Positions 36,092-45,440 of a stretch of 64,000 nucleotides of DNA are shown here, piece by piece. Source of the stretch: Candidatus Cloacimonadota bacterium (GTDB taxonomy: Bacteria > Cloacimonadota > Cloacimonadia > Cloacimonadales > Cloacimonadaceae); assembly GCA_035353255.1 (NCBI GenBank), contig DAOPZE010000001.1, positions 3,309-67,308 on the forward strand, in the 5' to 3' direction. The first letter of the stretch is position 1; every line of letters begins with the position of its first letter. The notes beneath the pieces were generated by a model that had not been told where the DNA came from, did no database searches, and saw only the letters and a list, made by a program, of their open reading frames with translations. Made by a program: the position numbers and the translations under genes.

Positions 36092-38986
36092 ATGAACAGA
36101 GTAGTCATTGTGTCTCTGATCATGCTCTTCATGACCGGAGTCTCGCTTTTCTCTCAAACACCAAAAGAGATATACGACTATGAATATATAGTGGCTCTGT
36201 ATGAACAGCAGGCTGACAGTACGGCTCTGACTGAGATAGAGTCCTTTTCCTTCGCGTATCCTAACAGCGCTTATCTTCCCTCTGTAATGTTCATGGAAGC
36301 CGAGATCTACTACTTTAGCGGTAATTTTGCCAAAGCTAATATTACATACAACAAGCTACTCCCCAGGATCAATGACATCTCAGCATTGAGTGATGTCTAT
36401 CTTCATGATGCAGTGAGCCTGTATTACTTATCACAGTATGATTATGCCAGGGAGCGTCTTGAGTATCTTCAAAAGCTTACTGACGATGAAGAATATACCT
36501 CACAGGCATCCCTGTGGTTAGCTAAAACGACCTTCGCTGCAGGTCAGTATTTCAGCAGTGAAAAGTACTATCGCCAAGCTATTGAGCTCTTTCCTGATGA
36601 CAAGGCCATCAGATTCGAGCACTTCACCTGCCTGCTGAGACTATCAAGGGAGGACGAAGCATCCGCCATCTTTGATTCGTTACCGACCGACGAAACCTAT
36701 AGAAACCAATATCTGGAAGCATTACTAGCCTATTATCTGGGTAATTCTCAATACAGCAGTTTCCGGGAACTGGTAAGAAAGAACAACATTACCTTCCCGA
36801 ATGACGATCAAAACCTGCAGTTACTGATCATTCAGTATTACTACATGATGGAAGACTATACAGTCACTGATGCGTTGTTACTGCAAATCCCATACTCAAC
36901 TCCCAAACTCGACTTCTACAGGGCACTGATAAACAAACAAAAGGGACATATTGCACAAGCTGACTCTCTCTTTGCAATATTGACCAGGGGGGACGATCCT
37001 GAACTGGCTGTTCTGAGCTACCTTGAACGACTCAGAATCCTCTTCCTCGCTTCTCCTTCCGACGCTATGCAGCAGCTTCAGTCTTTCATGGATTCTCCCC
37101 ATGCAGCTCGATATAAAGGTGTTGGCCTCTTACTTTCGGGCATATTCGCATATCAAGCAGGGGATTATATTAAGTCCATAAGTTATCTGAACAGCAGCCA
37201 AGCATTCCAACTCGATGGTGAGCAACTCGAAAGAGCAGCTTCACTGATCCCCAAGAACTGGTACAAGCTCAATGAGTTCGACCGAGCGACAGCAGGATAT
37301 AACCGCTATTTAAACCTATACCCAGAGGGTCGTTATCGTGATCAAGCCTGGTTTGATTTGGGAATGATAGACTACAATAGAAAGGATTACCTAATCGCCA
37401 GATTCTACTTCCAGAATCTGCTGAACGAGAAGCCATCTGAATCCTATCTCTCCGACGCAGGTCTTTATCTGGGTGAGATATGTTTCTTCCGGGGTGAGTA
37501 TAATGAAGCGATCCCGTATTATCTTCATTCCTCTACCGGCACCACAACCAATCCTTTTTTATTGCTCCGCACTGCTCAGTCTTACTACTTCCTTAAAGAC
37601 TACACCAATGCTGACAAGTACCTTCAACAGGTGACTGATCCTGCTTTCGAAAGCGATAAACTCCTGCTCAAAGGCAGTATACTATTCGACCAATATCAAT
37701 ATCGTGCTGCGCTGGATACTTACAACCAAGCTATCGAGATCACTTCAAATCCCATGCAACTGACTGAGCTACTTAGCTATAAAGCGCTGACTTTATACCA
37801 ATTGAAGCAATTCAAAGAGGCATCAACCCTGTTTCTTGAGTTATCCAGCTTAAAAGAGAGCCCGGATACTTATCTCTATCTTTCTGCAAAATCAGCCTAT
37901 CAAGGCGGGAATTATCCTCAGGCACTTCAACTTTATGACAGGTTCATAGACAACTACCCTGATTCGGATTATATCCTGGATGTAAGCTCAGAGATAGCCA
38001 CGATCAATTACAACCAGGGAAACTTCTCAGAGTCTCTTGATAATTGGATATCTATCCTGCGGCGGTACAAGACAAAACAAGGTTTCGAACCCGCAGAACT
38101 TCAGCTCCTTCAGAATGTTTTTTCTGGGATTGAGCTTTGCCTCATCCAGTCTCAGGATCTGGAAGACGCGGAAATGATCATGGATATGATCGACAGCTTT
38201 ACTTCAGACTACATCAAGTTTGAGCTGCAATACATCCTGGTCAAGCTCTACGCTTCACGTGACCAATGGGAGGATCTGATCTCTGAAGCCGATAGCATTC
38301 GCTCAGCAATGCCTTCCATGTACACTTCAGATATTGAGCTTCTCGTGGTTGAATCCCTTATCAGGCTGAATCGATACACTGAGGCTGACAGTCTTTTGAC
38401 CATTTCTTATGCTGTTGACCAGAATCCTAAAACACTATTGAAATGGGCTGAACTCGATGAACTCAATAGAGACTATTCCGATGCTCTCGACAAGTATCAG
38501 AAGCTCTACGCCCGGACTCCCGATCCCCAACTCTGGCTTAAAATGCTGCAATGCTCCGCACAGCTTGATTTCTCCGGCTTCCGCGAACTTTGGAACATAA
38601 ACAACCAAACCCAATATGAACTTCCGGATGCAGATCTGATTTATCTGCAATATCTCTTGAGAATCACTGACTACGAGTCTGCAAGGCGTTTTGCCGAAGC
38701 AATGCTATTGAAGAACTTCAATCCTGCAATCCATTCTCAGTGCTACCTCGTCCTGGCGAAGATCCAGTACGATCTGGCTCAATACACGGATTGTATTAGC
38801 TCTCTGCAAAGAATCAAGCTTGTATTTCGGGATTATCCTGATGTGATCCGGGAAGCCAACTACTTCCTGATCAAGTCCATGTACCAAAGCGGTCTCAAGT
38901 ACGAAGCCCAGTCTCTCTACAATGATCTGCTTCCGGAGCTGACTGCTGATATGATAAACGATCTTACGGAGATGATGAGTGAGTAA
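36092..38986 (+). CDS. Secreted tetratricopeptide-repeat protein (964 aa)
   Basis: Signal peptide MNRVVIVSLIMLFMTGVSLFSQ, then many 34-aa-type repeats with the A/Y/L pattern (for example YYFSGNFAKANITYNKLL, GEYNEAIPYY, GNYPQALQLYDRFIDNYPDSDY). It starts 4 nt after the kinase stop. Confidence 0.75.
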   Translation: MNRVVIVSLIMLFMTGVSLFSQTPKEIYDYEYIVALYEQQADSTALTEIESFSFAYPNSAYLPSVMFMEAEIYYFSGNFAKANITYNKLLPRINDISALSDVYLHDAVSLYYLSQYDYARERLEYLQKLTDDEEYTSQASLWLAKTTFAAGQYFSSEKYYRQAIELFPDDKAIRFEHFTCLLRLSREDEASAIFDSLPTDETYRNQYLEALLAYYLGNSQYSSFRELVRKNNITFPNDDQNLQLLIIQYYYMMEDYTVTDALLLQIPYSTPKLDFYRALINKQKGHIAQADSLFAILTRGDDPELAVLSYLERLRILFLASPSDAMQQLQSFMDSPHAARYKGVGLLLSGIFAYQAGDYIKSISYLNSSQAFQLDGEQLERAASLIPKNWYKLNEFDRATAGYNRYLNLYPEGRYRDQAWFDLGMIDYNRKDYLIARFYFQNLLNEKPSESYLSDAGLYLGEICFFRGEYNEAIPYYLHSSTGTTTNPFLLLRTAQSYYFLKDYTNADKYLQQVTDPAFESDKLLLKGSILFDQYQYRAALDTYNQAIEITSNPMQLTELLSYKALTLYQLKQFKEASTLFLELSSLKESPDTYLYLSAKSAYQGGNYPQALQLYDRFIDNYPDSDYILDVSSEIATINYNQGNFSESLDNWISILRRYKTKQGFEPAELQLLQNVFSGIELCLIQSQDLEDAEMIMDMIDSFTSDYIKFELQYILVKLYASRDQWEDLISEADSIRSAMPSMYTSDIELLVVESLIRLNRYTEADSLLTISYAVDQNPKTLLKWAELDELNRDYSDALDKYQKLYARTPDPQLWLKMLQCSAQLDFSGFRELWNINNQTQYELPDADLIYLQYLLRITDYESARRFAEAMLLKNFNPAIHSQCYLVLAKIQYDLAQYTDCISSLQRIKLVFRDYPDVIREANYFLIKSMYQSGLKYEAQSLYNDLLPELTADMINDLTEMMSE

Positions 38987-40469
38987 GTTCTTCACTTGGG
39001 GATTCCTGCTCCTTGCCTTTTTCGTGACAGAACTACCATCTCAGGTATACCAATTGCCGGATGTAAACGTGAAGGTCGAATCCCCGATCAAAGCCTATAT
39101 CTATAAAAAACCACTCAGCTATGATCCTGATAGTTTGCGCCAGGAACACTTCCCGGTGTTTCTTCCCGTTGTCAAACCAGAGATTACCTACGCCAGTATC
39201 TTGCCCTATTACCCTCCCGTTCGCTATCATGCGAACCTAAATCTTTCTTCACGGGCAAACCTCCTGGCAGACTTCAACTACTATCCCGGGTTAAAGAATC
39301 TGAAGAGTGTAGGCGCAAGTTTTGATTGGTACACCAGGAAATCAGATTGCCATTCCAGTCTTATTGATCTTTCCGCAATTTCTCAATTTGGTCAAAACAG
39401 AGTTGCTTTCCAGATCGATCTTGCGGATAACTCACGCAAATCGTTCAGTCAAAGCACCAACAGATTTAATGTGACTCATTCAATAGATAGCCTTCAGATC
39501 AAGACGATAACCATCAAACATCCTAAAACCTCACTGAACTTACTCAGCTTTTCTGAATCAGATCCTGGTTTCGATCATGACTCAAGCACTATCGGTTTGG
39601 ATCATTCCAGCCGTATCGTATTCAGTGAAAGACTCATTGCTCTGCACTTCGTGACCGATCGAAAGGCAACAGCTCTCGATCTTGACTATGTACTGCCAGG
39701 GAAAATATCTCTATTTGACAATGTAACCTTGGGCATGATCACAGATTTTTCCCACTTTCTACCCGCTTTCTCAGCTCACTATTGTACTTCACCAGGAACT
39801 AACAGCACTATAAGTCTATCTCTGTCTCCCTATTGTGAAAGCGTCCCCCCCCTGCCTTTAGATGGTTTGCACCGCTGGACTGAACTTAGTGAAGCTCACA
39901 GGATAACCCTTATTCCCTGGAATCTTAACGCCAATGTTATGTATCGTCTCAAGCAGCGTTTTTTTGATGCTCCTCCAGAGATTAAGCTATCATTCTCTTC
40001 AATCCAGGCTGTTAACTATCCGATCCTGTCACCCGGTACAAGCCTTTCAGTTCCTAAAACCAGCTACCAGGATATCTTCAGGAACGATCTAATAGCCTCT
40101 GCCAAAGCTAAATACCAGGGAATTGAGTTCGAGCAGTCTCTCTCATTAAGCCTTCAGTATCTGACAGATATGTCCTGGCACCGTAAGCCTTATGAAGCTT
40201 TGTTCAACCTGAGTACCACTGCCAGCAAGAGCATCGGTAAATTGGATCTGGGCCTCTGCTTTGAGCAGGATTACAATCGTGTTGATCACAACTATCGTCA
40301 TCTACCGGAATCGATCGATCTTTCGCTCAAAGCATCATATCAAATCTGCAGCTATTGGCAGCTAAACGCATCGCTCTTGAATCTTTTCAATACCGATAAC
40401 ACCTTGTATAATTCTCTGCCGTCCCAAAGACGTGAGCTTTGGATCGGTTTCCGGTTTCTGGGAGTATAG
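38979..40469 (+). CDS. Predicted outer-membrane beta-barrel protein (496 aa), family unknown
   Basis: Signal peptide MSKFFTWGFLLLAFFVTELPSQ. The sequence is Ser/Leu/Asn-rich with alternating hydrophobic strands and has an aromatic-rich C-terminus ELWIGFRFLGV. It overlaps the TPR gene by 8 nt. Confidence 0.45.
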   Translation: MSKFFTWGFLLLAFFVTELPSQVYQLPDVNVKVESPIKAYIYKKPLSYDPDSLRQEHFPVFLPVVKPEITYASILPYYPPVRYHANLNLSSRANLLADFNYYPGLKNLKSVGASFDWYTRKSDCHSSLIDLSAISQFGQNRVAFQIDLADNSRKSFSQSTNRFNVTHSIDSLQIKTITIKHPKTSLNLLSFSESDPGFDHDSSTIGLDHSSRIVFSERLIALHFVTDRKATALDLDYVLPGKISLFDNVTLGMITDFSHFLPAFSAHYCTSPGTNSTISLSLSPYCESVPPLPLDGLHRWTELSEAHRITLIPWNLNANVMYRLKQRFFDAPPEIKLSFSSIQAVNYPILSPGTSLSVPKTSYQDIFRNDLIASAKAKYQGIEFEQSLSLSLQYLTDMSWHRKPYEALFNLSTTASKSIGKLDLGLCFEQDYNRVDHNYRHLPESIDLSLKASYQICSYWQLNASLLNLFNTDNTLYNSLPSQRRELWIGFRFLGV

Positions 40470-40569
40470 GACTTTTCAACGATGAAATATGCAACTGTAA
40501 TGCTAATAACTATCTCTCACAATGCAATTTGTATATAAACTCATATAAATAAACGTAAAAGGAGTCAGT

Positions 40570-42177
40570 ATGGAAAAACTGATGCTATTAGGTGATGAAG
40601 CCTTAGCCCAAGGCGCACTCGACGCTGGGATCTCCGGCTTCTATGCCTATCCAGGTACTCCCTCGACCGAGATCGTGGAGTATGTCCAACGGAGCAAACA
40701 GGCTGCCCAGATGAACGTTCACAGAACCTGGAGTTCAAACGAGAAGACCGCCGTTGAATCTGCCATAGGCATGTCCTTTGCCGGAAAACGCACCATGGTC
40801 ACTATGAAGCATGTCGGTCTGAATGTCGCGGCAGATCCGTTTATGAACAGTGCCTTGACCGGCGCGAATGGCGGTATCATCATTACCGTTGCGGATGATC
40901 CTTCAATGCACTCATCCCAGAATGAACAGGATTCCCGCTTCTACGGGAAGTTCGCCATGATCCCGATTCTTGAGCCTTCCAATCAACAGGAATGCTACGA
41001 CATGGCTTTCTATGGTTTTGAGCTGTCTGAGAAGTACCATGTACCTGTCCTCCTGCGCCTGACCACTCGTCTTTCCCATTCCCGCTCGGGTGTCACAAGA
41101 CGCGAAGTCCTGCCTCAGAAACAAATGAGGAAGCCTGATGACATCTTCCAGTTTATGCTCCTTCCAGCTATCGCGAGAAAGAAGTATAAACACCATATCG
41201 AGCTTCAAAAAGACTTTCTGGCAGAGTCGATCGTTTCTCCCTTCAACGAGTTCAACTTCGAGGGAACAGACTATTCCCGTGGAATTATCACCACCGGACT
41301 GGCTTACAACTATCTCCGTGAAGTCTTTGCCGGAAAGCCTATCCCCCATCCGATCCTGAAAGTCTGTCAGTATCCGGTTCCCGAAGAAATAGTCAGCAAT
41401 CTCTACGATAGATGCGATTCACTCCTGATCCTCGAAGAAGGAATGCCCCTGCTGGAAGATAGCATTAGAGGATTCGCCCTGGGTACCAAGAAACCTATCC
41501 ACGGACGGCTCGATGGAACAATCCCTCGTGATGGCGAATTGAATCCTAACAAGATCGCCGTGGCTTTGGGTCTTCCTGACACCTATGGCAAGGATATTCC
41601 TGAGATCGTAAGTCAGAGACCGCCCGCGCTCTGCGTTGGCTGCCCCCACTCCGATTCCTTTCTGGCTCTGAATGAGGCAATTGCCGAATACGGAAGAGGG
41701 CATGTCTTCAGTGACATCGGTTGCTACACACTGGGATTCATGCCTCCCTACAATGCGATCAATGCCTGTGTTGATATGGGCGCGTCGATAACTATGGCAA
41801 AAGGAGCCGCAGACGCAGGTTTGTTCCCTTCCATAGCCGTGATCGGAGATTCAACCTTCTCGCACAGTGGTCTGACCGGACTGCTGGATTGCGTGTTTGA
41901 CAAGACCAATGTTGTCATCGTTATTCTCGACAACGCTACCACCGGCATGACCGGCGGTCAGGAATATACCGGAGCTGGTAAGCTCGAAGCCATCTGCGAA
42001 GGTATCGGCGTCGAAAAAGAGCATATCCGCGTCTTTGTTCCTCTCAAGAAGAACTTCGACGAGATGGTACGTATCTACAAGGAGGAGATCGCCTACAACG
42101 GCATCTCCGTGATCATCCCTCGCAGAGAATGTCTCCAGACTCTCAAGCGCAAGAATAAAATGGAGGTGCAGTCATGA
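40570..42177 (+). CDS. iorA: Indolepyruvate:ferredoxin oxidoreductase alpha subunit (TPP-binding)
   Basis: N-terminal LLGDEALAQGALDAGISGFYAYPGTPSTEI, CVGCPH block, and TPP motif GDSTFSHSG...LDN. Followed by iorB with a 4-nt overlap. Confidence 0.8.
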   Translation: MEKLMLLGDEALAQGALDAGISGFYAYPGTPSTEIVEYVQRSKQAAQMNVHRTWSSNEKTAVESAIGMSFAGKRTMVTMKHVGLNVAADPFMNSALTGANGGIIITVADDPSMHSSQNEQDSRFYGKFAMIPILEPSNQQECYDMAFYGFELSEKYHVPVLLRLTTRLSHSRSGVTRREVLPQKQMRKPDDIFQFMLLPAIARKKYKHHIELQKDFLAESIVSPFNEFNFEGTDYSRGIITTGLAYNYLREVFAGKPIPHPILKVCQYPVPEEIVSNLYDRCDSLLILEEGMPLLEDSIRGFALGTKKPIHGRLDGTIPRDGELNPNKIAVALGLPDTYGKDIPEIVSQRPPALCVGCPHSDSFLALNEAIAEYGRGHVFSDIGCYTLGFMPPYNAINACVDMGASITMAKGAADAGLFPSIAVIGDSTFSHSGLTGLLDCVFDKTNVVIVILDNATTGMTGGQEYTGAGKLEAICEGIGVEKEHIRVFVPLKKNFDEMVRIYKEEIAYNGISVIIPRRECLQTLKRKNKMEVQS

Positions 42178-42746
42178 AGAAGGATATAATTCTCGCAGGT
42201 GTCGGCGGACAGGGGATCCTGACTATCGCGACCATTCTTGGCGATGCCGCTCTCAAACGTGGCTGGCAACTCAAACAAGCAGAAGTACACGGCATGAGCC
42301 AGCGTGGTGGTGATGTCCAATCCCATCTGAGACTCTCGGACGAGCCTATCTGGTCAGATCTGATAACCTTAGGAAAAGCCGACATGATCCTCTCTGTTGA
42401 ACCCATGGAAGCCTTGCGTTACCTACCCTATCTCGCTCCTGATGGCTGGATAATAACCAACAAAACGCCGTTCGTGAACATCCCGAATTACCCAGAGATC
42501 GAAGCTGTCTATCGTCAGATCGAATCTATACCCAATCACCTTCTGATCGATGCCGACGAACTTGCCAAGGAAGTGAAGGCAAACCGTGCCATGAATATCG
42601 TGACACTCGGCGCAGCCATCAAACACCTGGGATTCAGTGCCGAAGAGATCGAAGCATCAATTCGTTCGATCTTCGAACGTAAGGGAGAAGTGATCGTCGA
42701 ATCGAACATCCGTGCGCTCCGCGCCGGAATCGACTTCAAGAAGTAG
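42174..42746 (+). CDS. iorB: Indolepyruvate oxidoreductase beta subunit
   Basis: ILAGVGGQGILT N-terminus and EVHGMSQRGG block of the POR-gamma/IorB family; 190 aa. Confidence 0.8.
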   Translation: MKKDIILAGVGGQGILTIATILGDAALKRGWQLKQAEVHGMSQRGGDVQSHLRLSDEPIWSDLITLGKADMILSVEPMEALRYLPYLAPDGWIITNKTPFVNIPNYPEIEAVYRQIESIPNHLLIDADELAKEVKANRAMNIVTLGAAIKHLGFSAEEIEASIRSIFERKGEVIVESNIRALRAGIDFKK

Positions 42747-42786
42747 TCAAGATCTGATCTGAGTTACATTTCAGATCATAATATTA

Positions 42787-42825
42787 CGAAGGGGAGATCG
42801 TTAAACCCGCACTCCCCTTCTTTTT
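42787..42825 (+). terminator. Rho-independent terminator after iorB
   Basis: 9-bp stem GAAGGGGAG (42787-42795) / CTCCCCTTC (42811-42819), 15-nt loop, then TTTTTC. Confidence 0.75.
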
Positions 42826-42866
42826 CGTCTGTTATCACATTTCCTTATCCCCACCTTCTACCAGAC

Positions 42867-42946
42867 CCTATCCTCACCGTATGCCTCCCGTACGGTGACC
42901 GTATGATATCCGTACGAACGTACAGCCTTAGTATGGGGAGGATAGG
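42867..42946 (+). repeat. 11-bp-phased CCGTAYG array, copy R4, bracketed by a 9-bp inverted repeat
   Basis: Sequence TATCCTCA-CCGTATG-cctc-CCGTACG-gtga-CCGTATG-atat-CCGTACG. Cores start at 42877, 42888, 42899 and 42910. CCTATCCTC (42867-42875) is complementary to GAGGATAGG (42938-42946). Confidence 0.9.
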
Positions 42947-43004
42947 ATGATGTTTCGGTTGGAATAAGATTCAGGAAAAGGAAAGAACTTAGGGAGACGG
43001 GATG

Positions 43005-44441
43005 CTAAAAGCTATATTCCATACGCCATTGCCAGTTGCCCAATGCCGTCCCGGGTATGTTCATTCTGGCTTCCGCTCCGAGACCAAGCACATCTTGCAT
43101 CGGGATAATGACCATTCGACAAGGCGATTGTCTGGCGATCTTAATGATGATAGAGTGGATATTGCGTTCGTTAACTTCTTCGCCCTCAGCCAATATCATG
43201 TTATCATTGATGTACTGCATCAGGTTTATATAGCTATCATCTTCAGGTTCAAGATCATTGAACCATTCCACAGTCGTTTTATTATCATGCGTGGCTGTGT
43301 AGAGGATGCGGTCTTCTGGATATTCTCTAACTTTCGGGACTGATTCTTCGAAGCAGAACTGCAGGACTATCATCCCGGGTATAGAAATGTTGTCCCGATA
43401 GGCGCAGACTTCCTGATTCAATACTCCAAGATCTTCAGCTATGAATTTCTGATGTGGGTATTTCTCGGTAAGGACTCGGAAGAAATCATCCGGACGTGCT
43501 TTGAGCCAATGTCCGTTTACCGCGGTTAGCGAGCCTTCCGGGACGCTCCAGTAATTCACGTAGCCGATGAAGTGATCGAGTCTGAGCAGGTCAAGGTAAG
43601 AAAAAGCGTGCTCATACCTTTTCATGATCAAATCGAATCCTCTTTCAGCGAGTTTGTCCCAATTGTAGATCGGGTTTCCCCAAAGCTGGCCATCTTTCGC
43701 GAAGGCATCTGGCGGAACACCGGCAAGGCTTAGCCTCTTCCCCTTGTTGTTCAGATCAAACAGATCCTGATTCGCCCAGACGTCCGCGCTTTCATAAGCA
43801 AGGTAGAGAGGTATATCGCCGATCAGGGTGATTCCCGAGTTTCTCAGATGTTTGTGGAATCTGTGGATCTGATCTTCTACGATTGCTTGTTGCGCCGTGA
43901 AGGACAGCATTTTTGTGCTGTACTGCTCCCAAAGTGAATCGAAAAGCGAGTCTGAATAACGACGATGCTCCTCTTCCCAGTTAAACCAGGCACTGTCTTC
44001 ATAGAGGTGAGAGAGGATCAGAAAAGCGAGATATGGTTTCAGATACCAGGATCTTTGAGAGATATATTCGCTGAGATCATGCGTTCTCAGATATGCCCTC
44101 GTCGCTGTTGCCCAGAGCTTGTCTTTGGTTCTATAAACACTGTCAAATTGGACATTCTGGCTTCGGGGGAGTTTGGCTTCCTGGAGATCTTCGAGAGAAA
44201 CCAAGCCATCCTGATAGAGGAGTTCGGGGCTTACCAGATAGGGGTTGAAGGCATATGCAGAGAGAGGGTTATATGGGGAGTTCCCATAGCCACAATGAGT
44301 AAAAGGCAGGGTTTGCCAGTATTTGTAATCATTGAGAGTGAGGTATTCGCAAAAGTCATAAGCCGAAGGACCGAAATCCCCGATCCCATAGTCGCCCGGG
44401 AGTGAGCTGATGTGCAGAAGGATGCCCAGTTCCTGATTCAT
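43005..44441 (-). CDS. malQ: 4-alpha-glucanotransferase (amylomaltase)
   Basis: GILLHISSLPGDYGIGDFG N-terminus and the LRLDHFIGY and PGTALGNWQWR blocks of GH77. Confidence 0.9.
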   Translation of the reverse strand: MNQELGILLHISSLPGDYGIGDFGPSAYDFCEYLTLNDYKYWQTLPFTHCGYGNSPYNPLSAYAFNPYLVSPELLYQDGLVSLEDLQEAKLPRSQNVQFDSVYRTKDKLWATATRAYLRTHDLSEYISQRSWYLKPYLAFLILSHLYEDSAWFNWEEEHRRYSDSLFDSLWEQYSTKMLSFTAQQAIVEDQIHRFHKHLRNSGITLIGDIPLYLAYESADVWANQDLFDLNNKGKRLSLAGVPPDAFAKDGQLWGNPIYNWDKLAERGFDLIMKRYEHAFSYLDLLRLDHFIGYVNYWSVPEGSLTAVNGHWLKARPDDFFRVLTEKYPHQKFIAEDLGVLNQEVCAYRDNISIPGMIVLQFCFEESVPKVREYPEDRILYTATHDNKTTVEWFNDLEPEDDSYINLMQYINDNMILAEGEEVNERNIHSIIIKIARQSPCRMVIIPMQDVLGLGAEARMNIPGTALGNWQWRMEYSF

Positions 44442-45439
44442 GAATTCAATATCTTCGTCAAAGAGAGAATCAGGATCAGGCTTCCATCCAGGCCGGCTGA
44501 TTTGAGCTGATGATCAGCCACAAGCAGAAGTTCGAATGCTTTGCGGATGGAGGGAAGTTTATAGGCAGCGGCAAAGCCGAGATATTCGCGCTTTTGTGAA
44601 GGGAAGAGCTCCTGAAGATGCGTGCTGATGATCTCAGCATCGGATATATGCCGGGATTTGAGAAGATTGATCTTCCAGATCGTCAGAAAGAACTTACGCA
44701 GCTGAAAGAGAATCTGGAGCGGCTCCCAGTCATTATCTATCATCTTTTGCAGCATAGAGAGAGATTGATTCTGATTTCGTTTCCCCAGGGCACGCTGAAA
44801 GTCGATGACAGTTCCGGTTCGCGTCGTTCCCAAACTACGGAAAATATCGGCTTCGGTTATACCTTTTTGTTCACCAGCCATAAGAATAACTTTCTGAAGT
44901 TCATTATACGCATAGCTGTAGTCAAGCTCTATTCTGCTGGTGAATTCTTCTATAGCTTTGGGTGACATGGTCTTGCCGATGGTTTTCAGCTCAGCTTCGA
45001 GCCATTCCTTCATCTGGTTCATGAACTTGGGTTTTTCGACTTGGATAAGATTAGTAGTCTCTTTGATCTTTTTCCAGGCACCTAGCTTGCCGTCTATCTT
45101 TTCGGCGGTGATCAGGAGAGTCTGCTCTTCCGCGGGATTCTGAAGATACCCGGCTAGATATTCAAGTTCTTTTTTTCCGAGATCCTCAGCGTTCCTGATC
45201 ATGATCAGCTTGGTGGTTGAAAATAGGGATATACTGTCGAGTATGTCGTTAAGCATAGACAACTTGGTTTCGTTGCCGTAGAGGGTCACAAGCTCTGCTT
45301 TGGCTTTGATGATCAGTTCATTGCGGATCCTTGAGGCAATCTTATCCATCCAGAAGCTGTCATTCCCCACGATCAGATATGATTCTCCTAAGCCTATCTT
45401 AGCTTTATTGAAATCACTTACCGAGAAGGATTTTGGCAT
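44438..45439 (-). CDS. holA: DNA polymerase III delta subunit
   Basis: 333 aa with a HolA-like N-terminal layout (YLIVGNDSFWMDK, LIMIRNAEDL). The assignment rests on overall pattern and size only. Confidence 0.6.
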   Translation of the reverse strand: MPKSFSVSDFNKAKIGLGESYLIVGNDSFWMDKIASRIRNELIIKAKAELVTLYGNETKLSMLNDILDSISLFSTTKLIMIRNAEDLGKKELEYLAGYLQNPAEEQTLLITAEKIDGKLGAWKKIKETTNLIQVEKPKFMNQMKEWLEAELKTIGKTMSPKAIEEFTSRIELDYSYAYNELQKVILMAGEQKGITEADIFRSLGTTRTGTVIDFQRALGKRNQNQSLSMLQKMIDNDWEPLQILFQLRKFFLTIWKINLLKSRHISDAEIISTHLQELFPSQKREYLGFAAAYKLPSIRKAFELLLVADHQLKSAGLDGSLILILSLTKILNS

Positions 45440-45440
45440 A

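Noticed and set aside
40570-42177. Possible absence of a C-terminal 4Fe-4S ferredoxin domain in IorA.
   Set aside because: I cannot tell by eye whether 535-aa bacterial IorA proteins normally lack it. It needs a domain search, not a finding.
42754-42777. An 8-bp hairpin (TGATCTGA/TCAGATCA) right after the iorB stop.
   Set aside because: It has no U-run. The stronger terminator at 42787-42825 explains termination.
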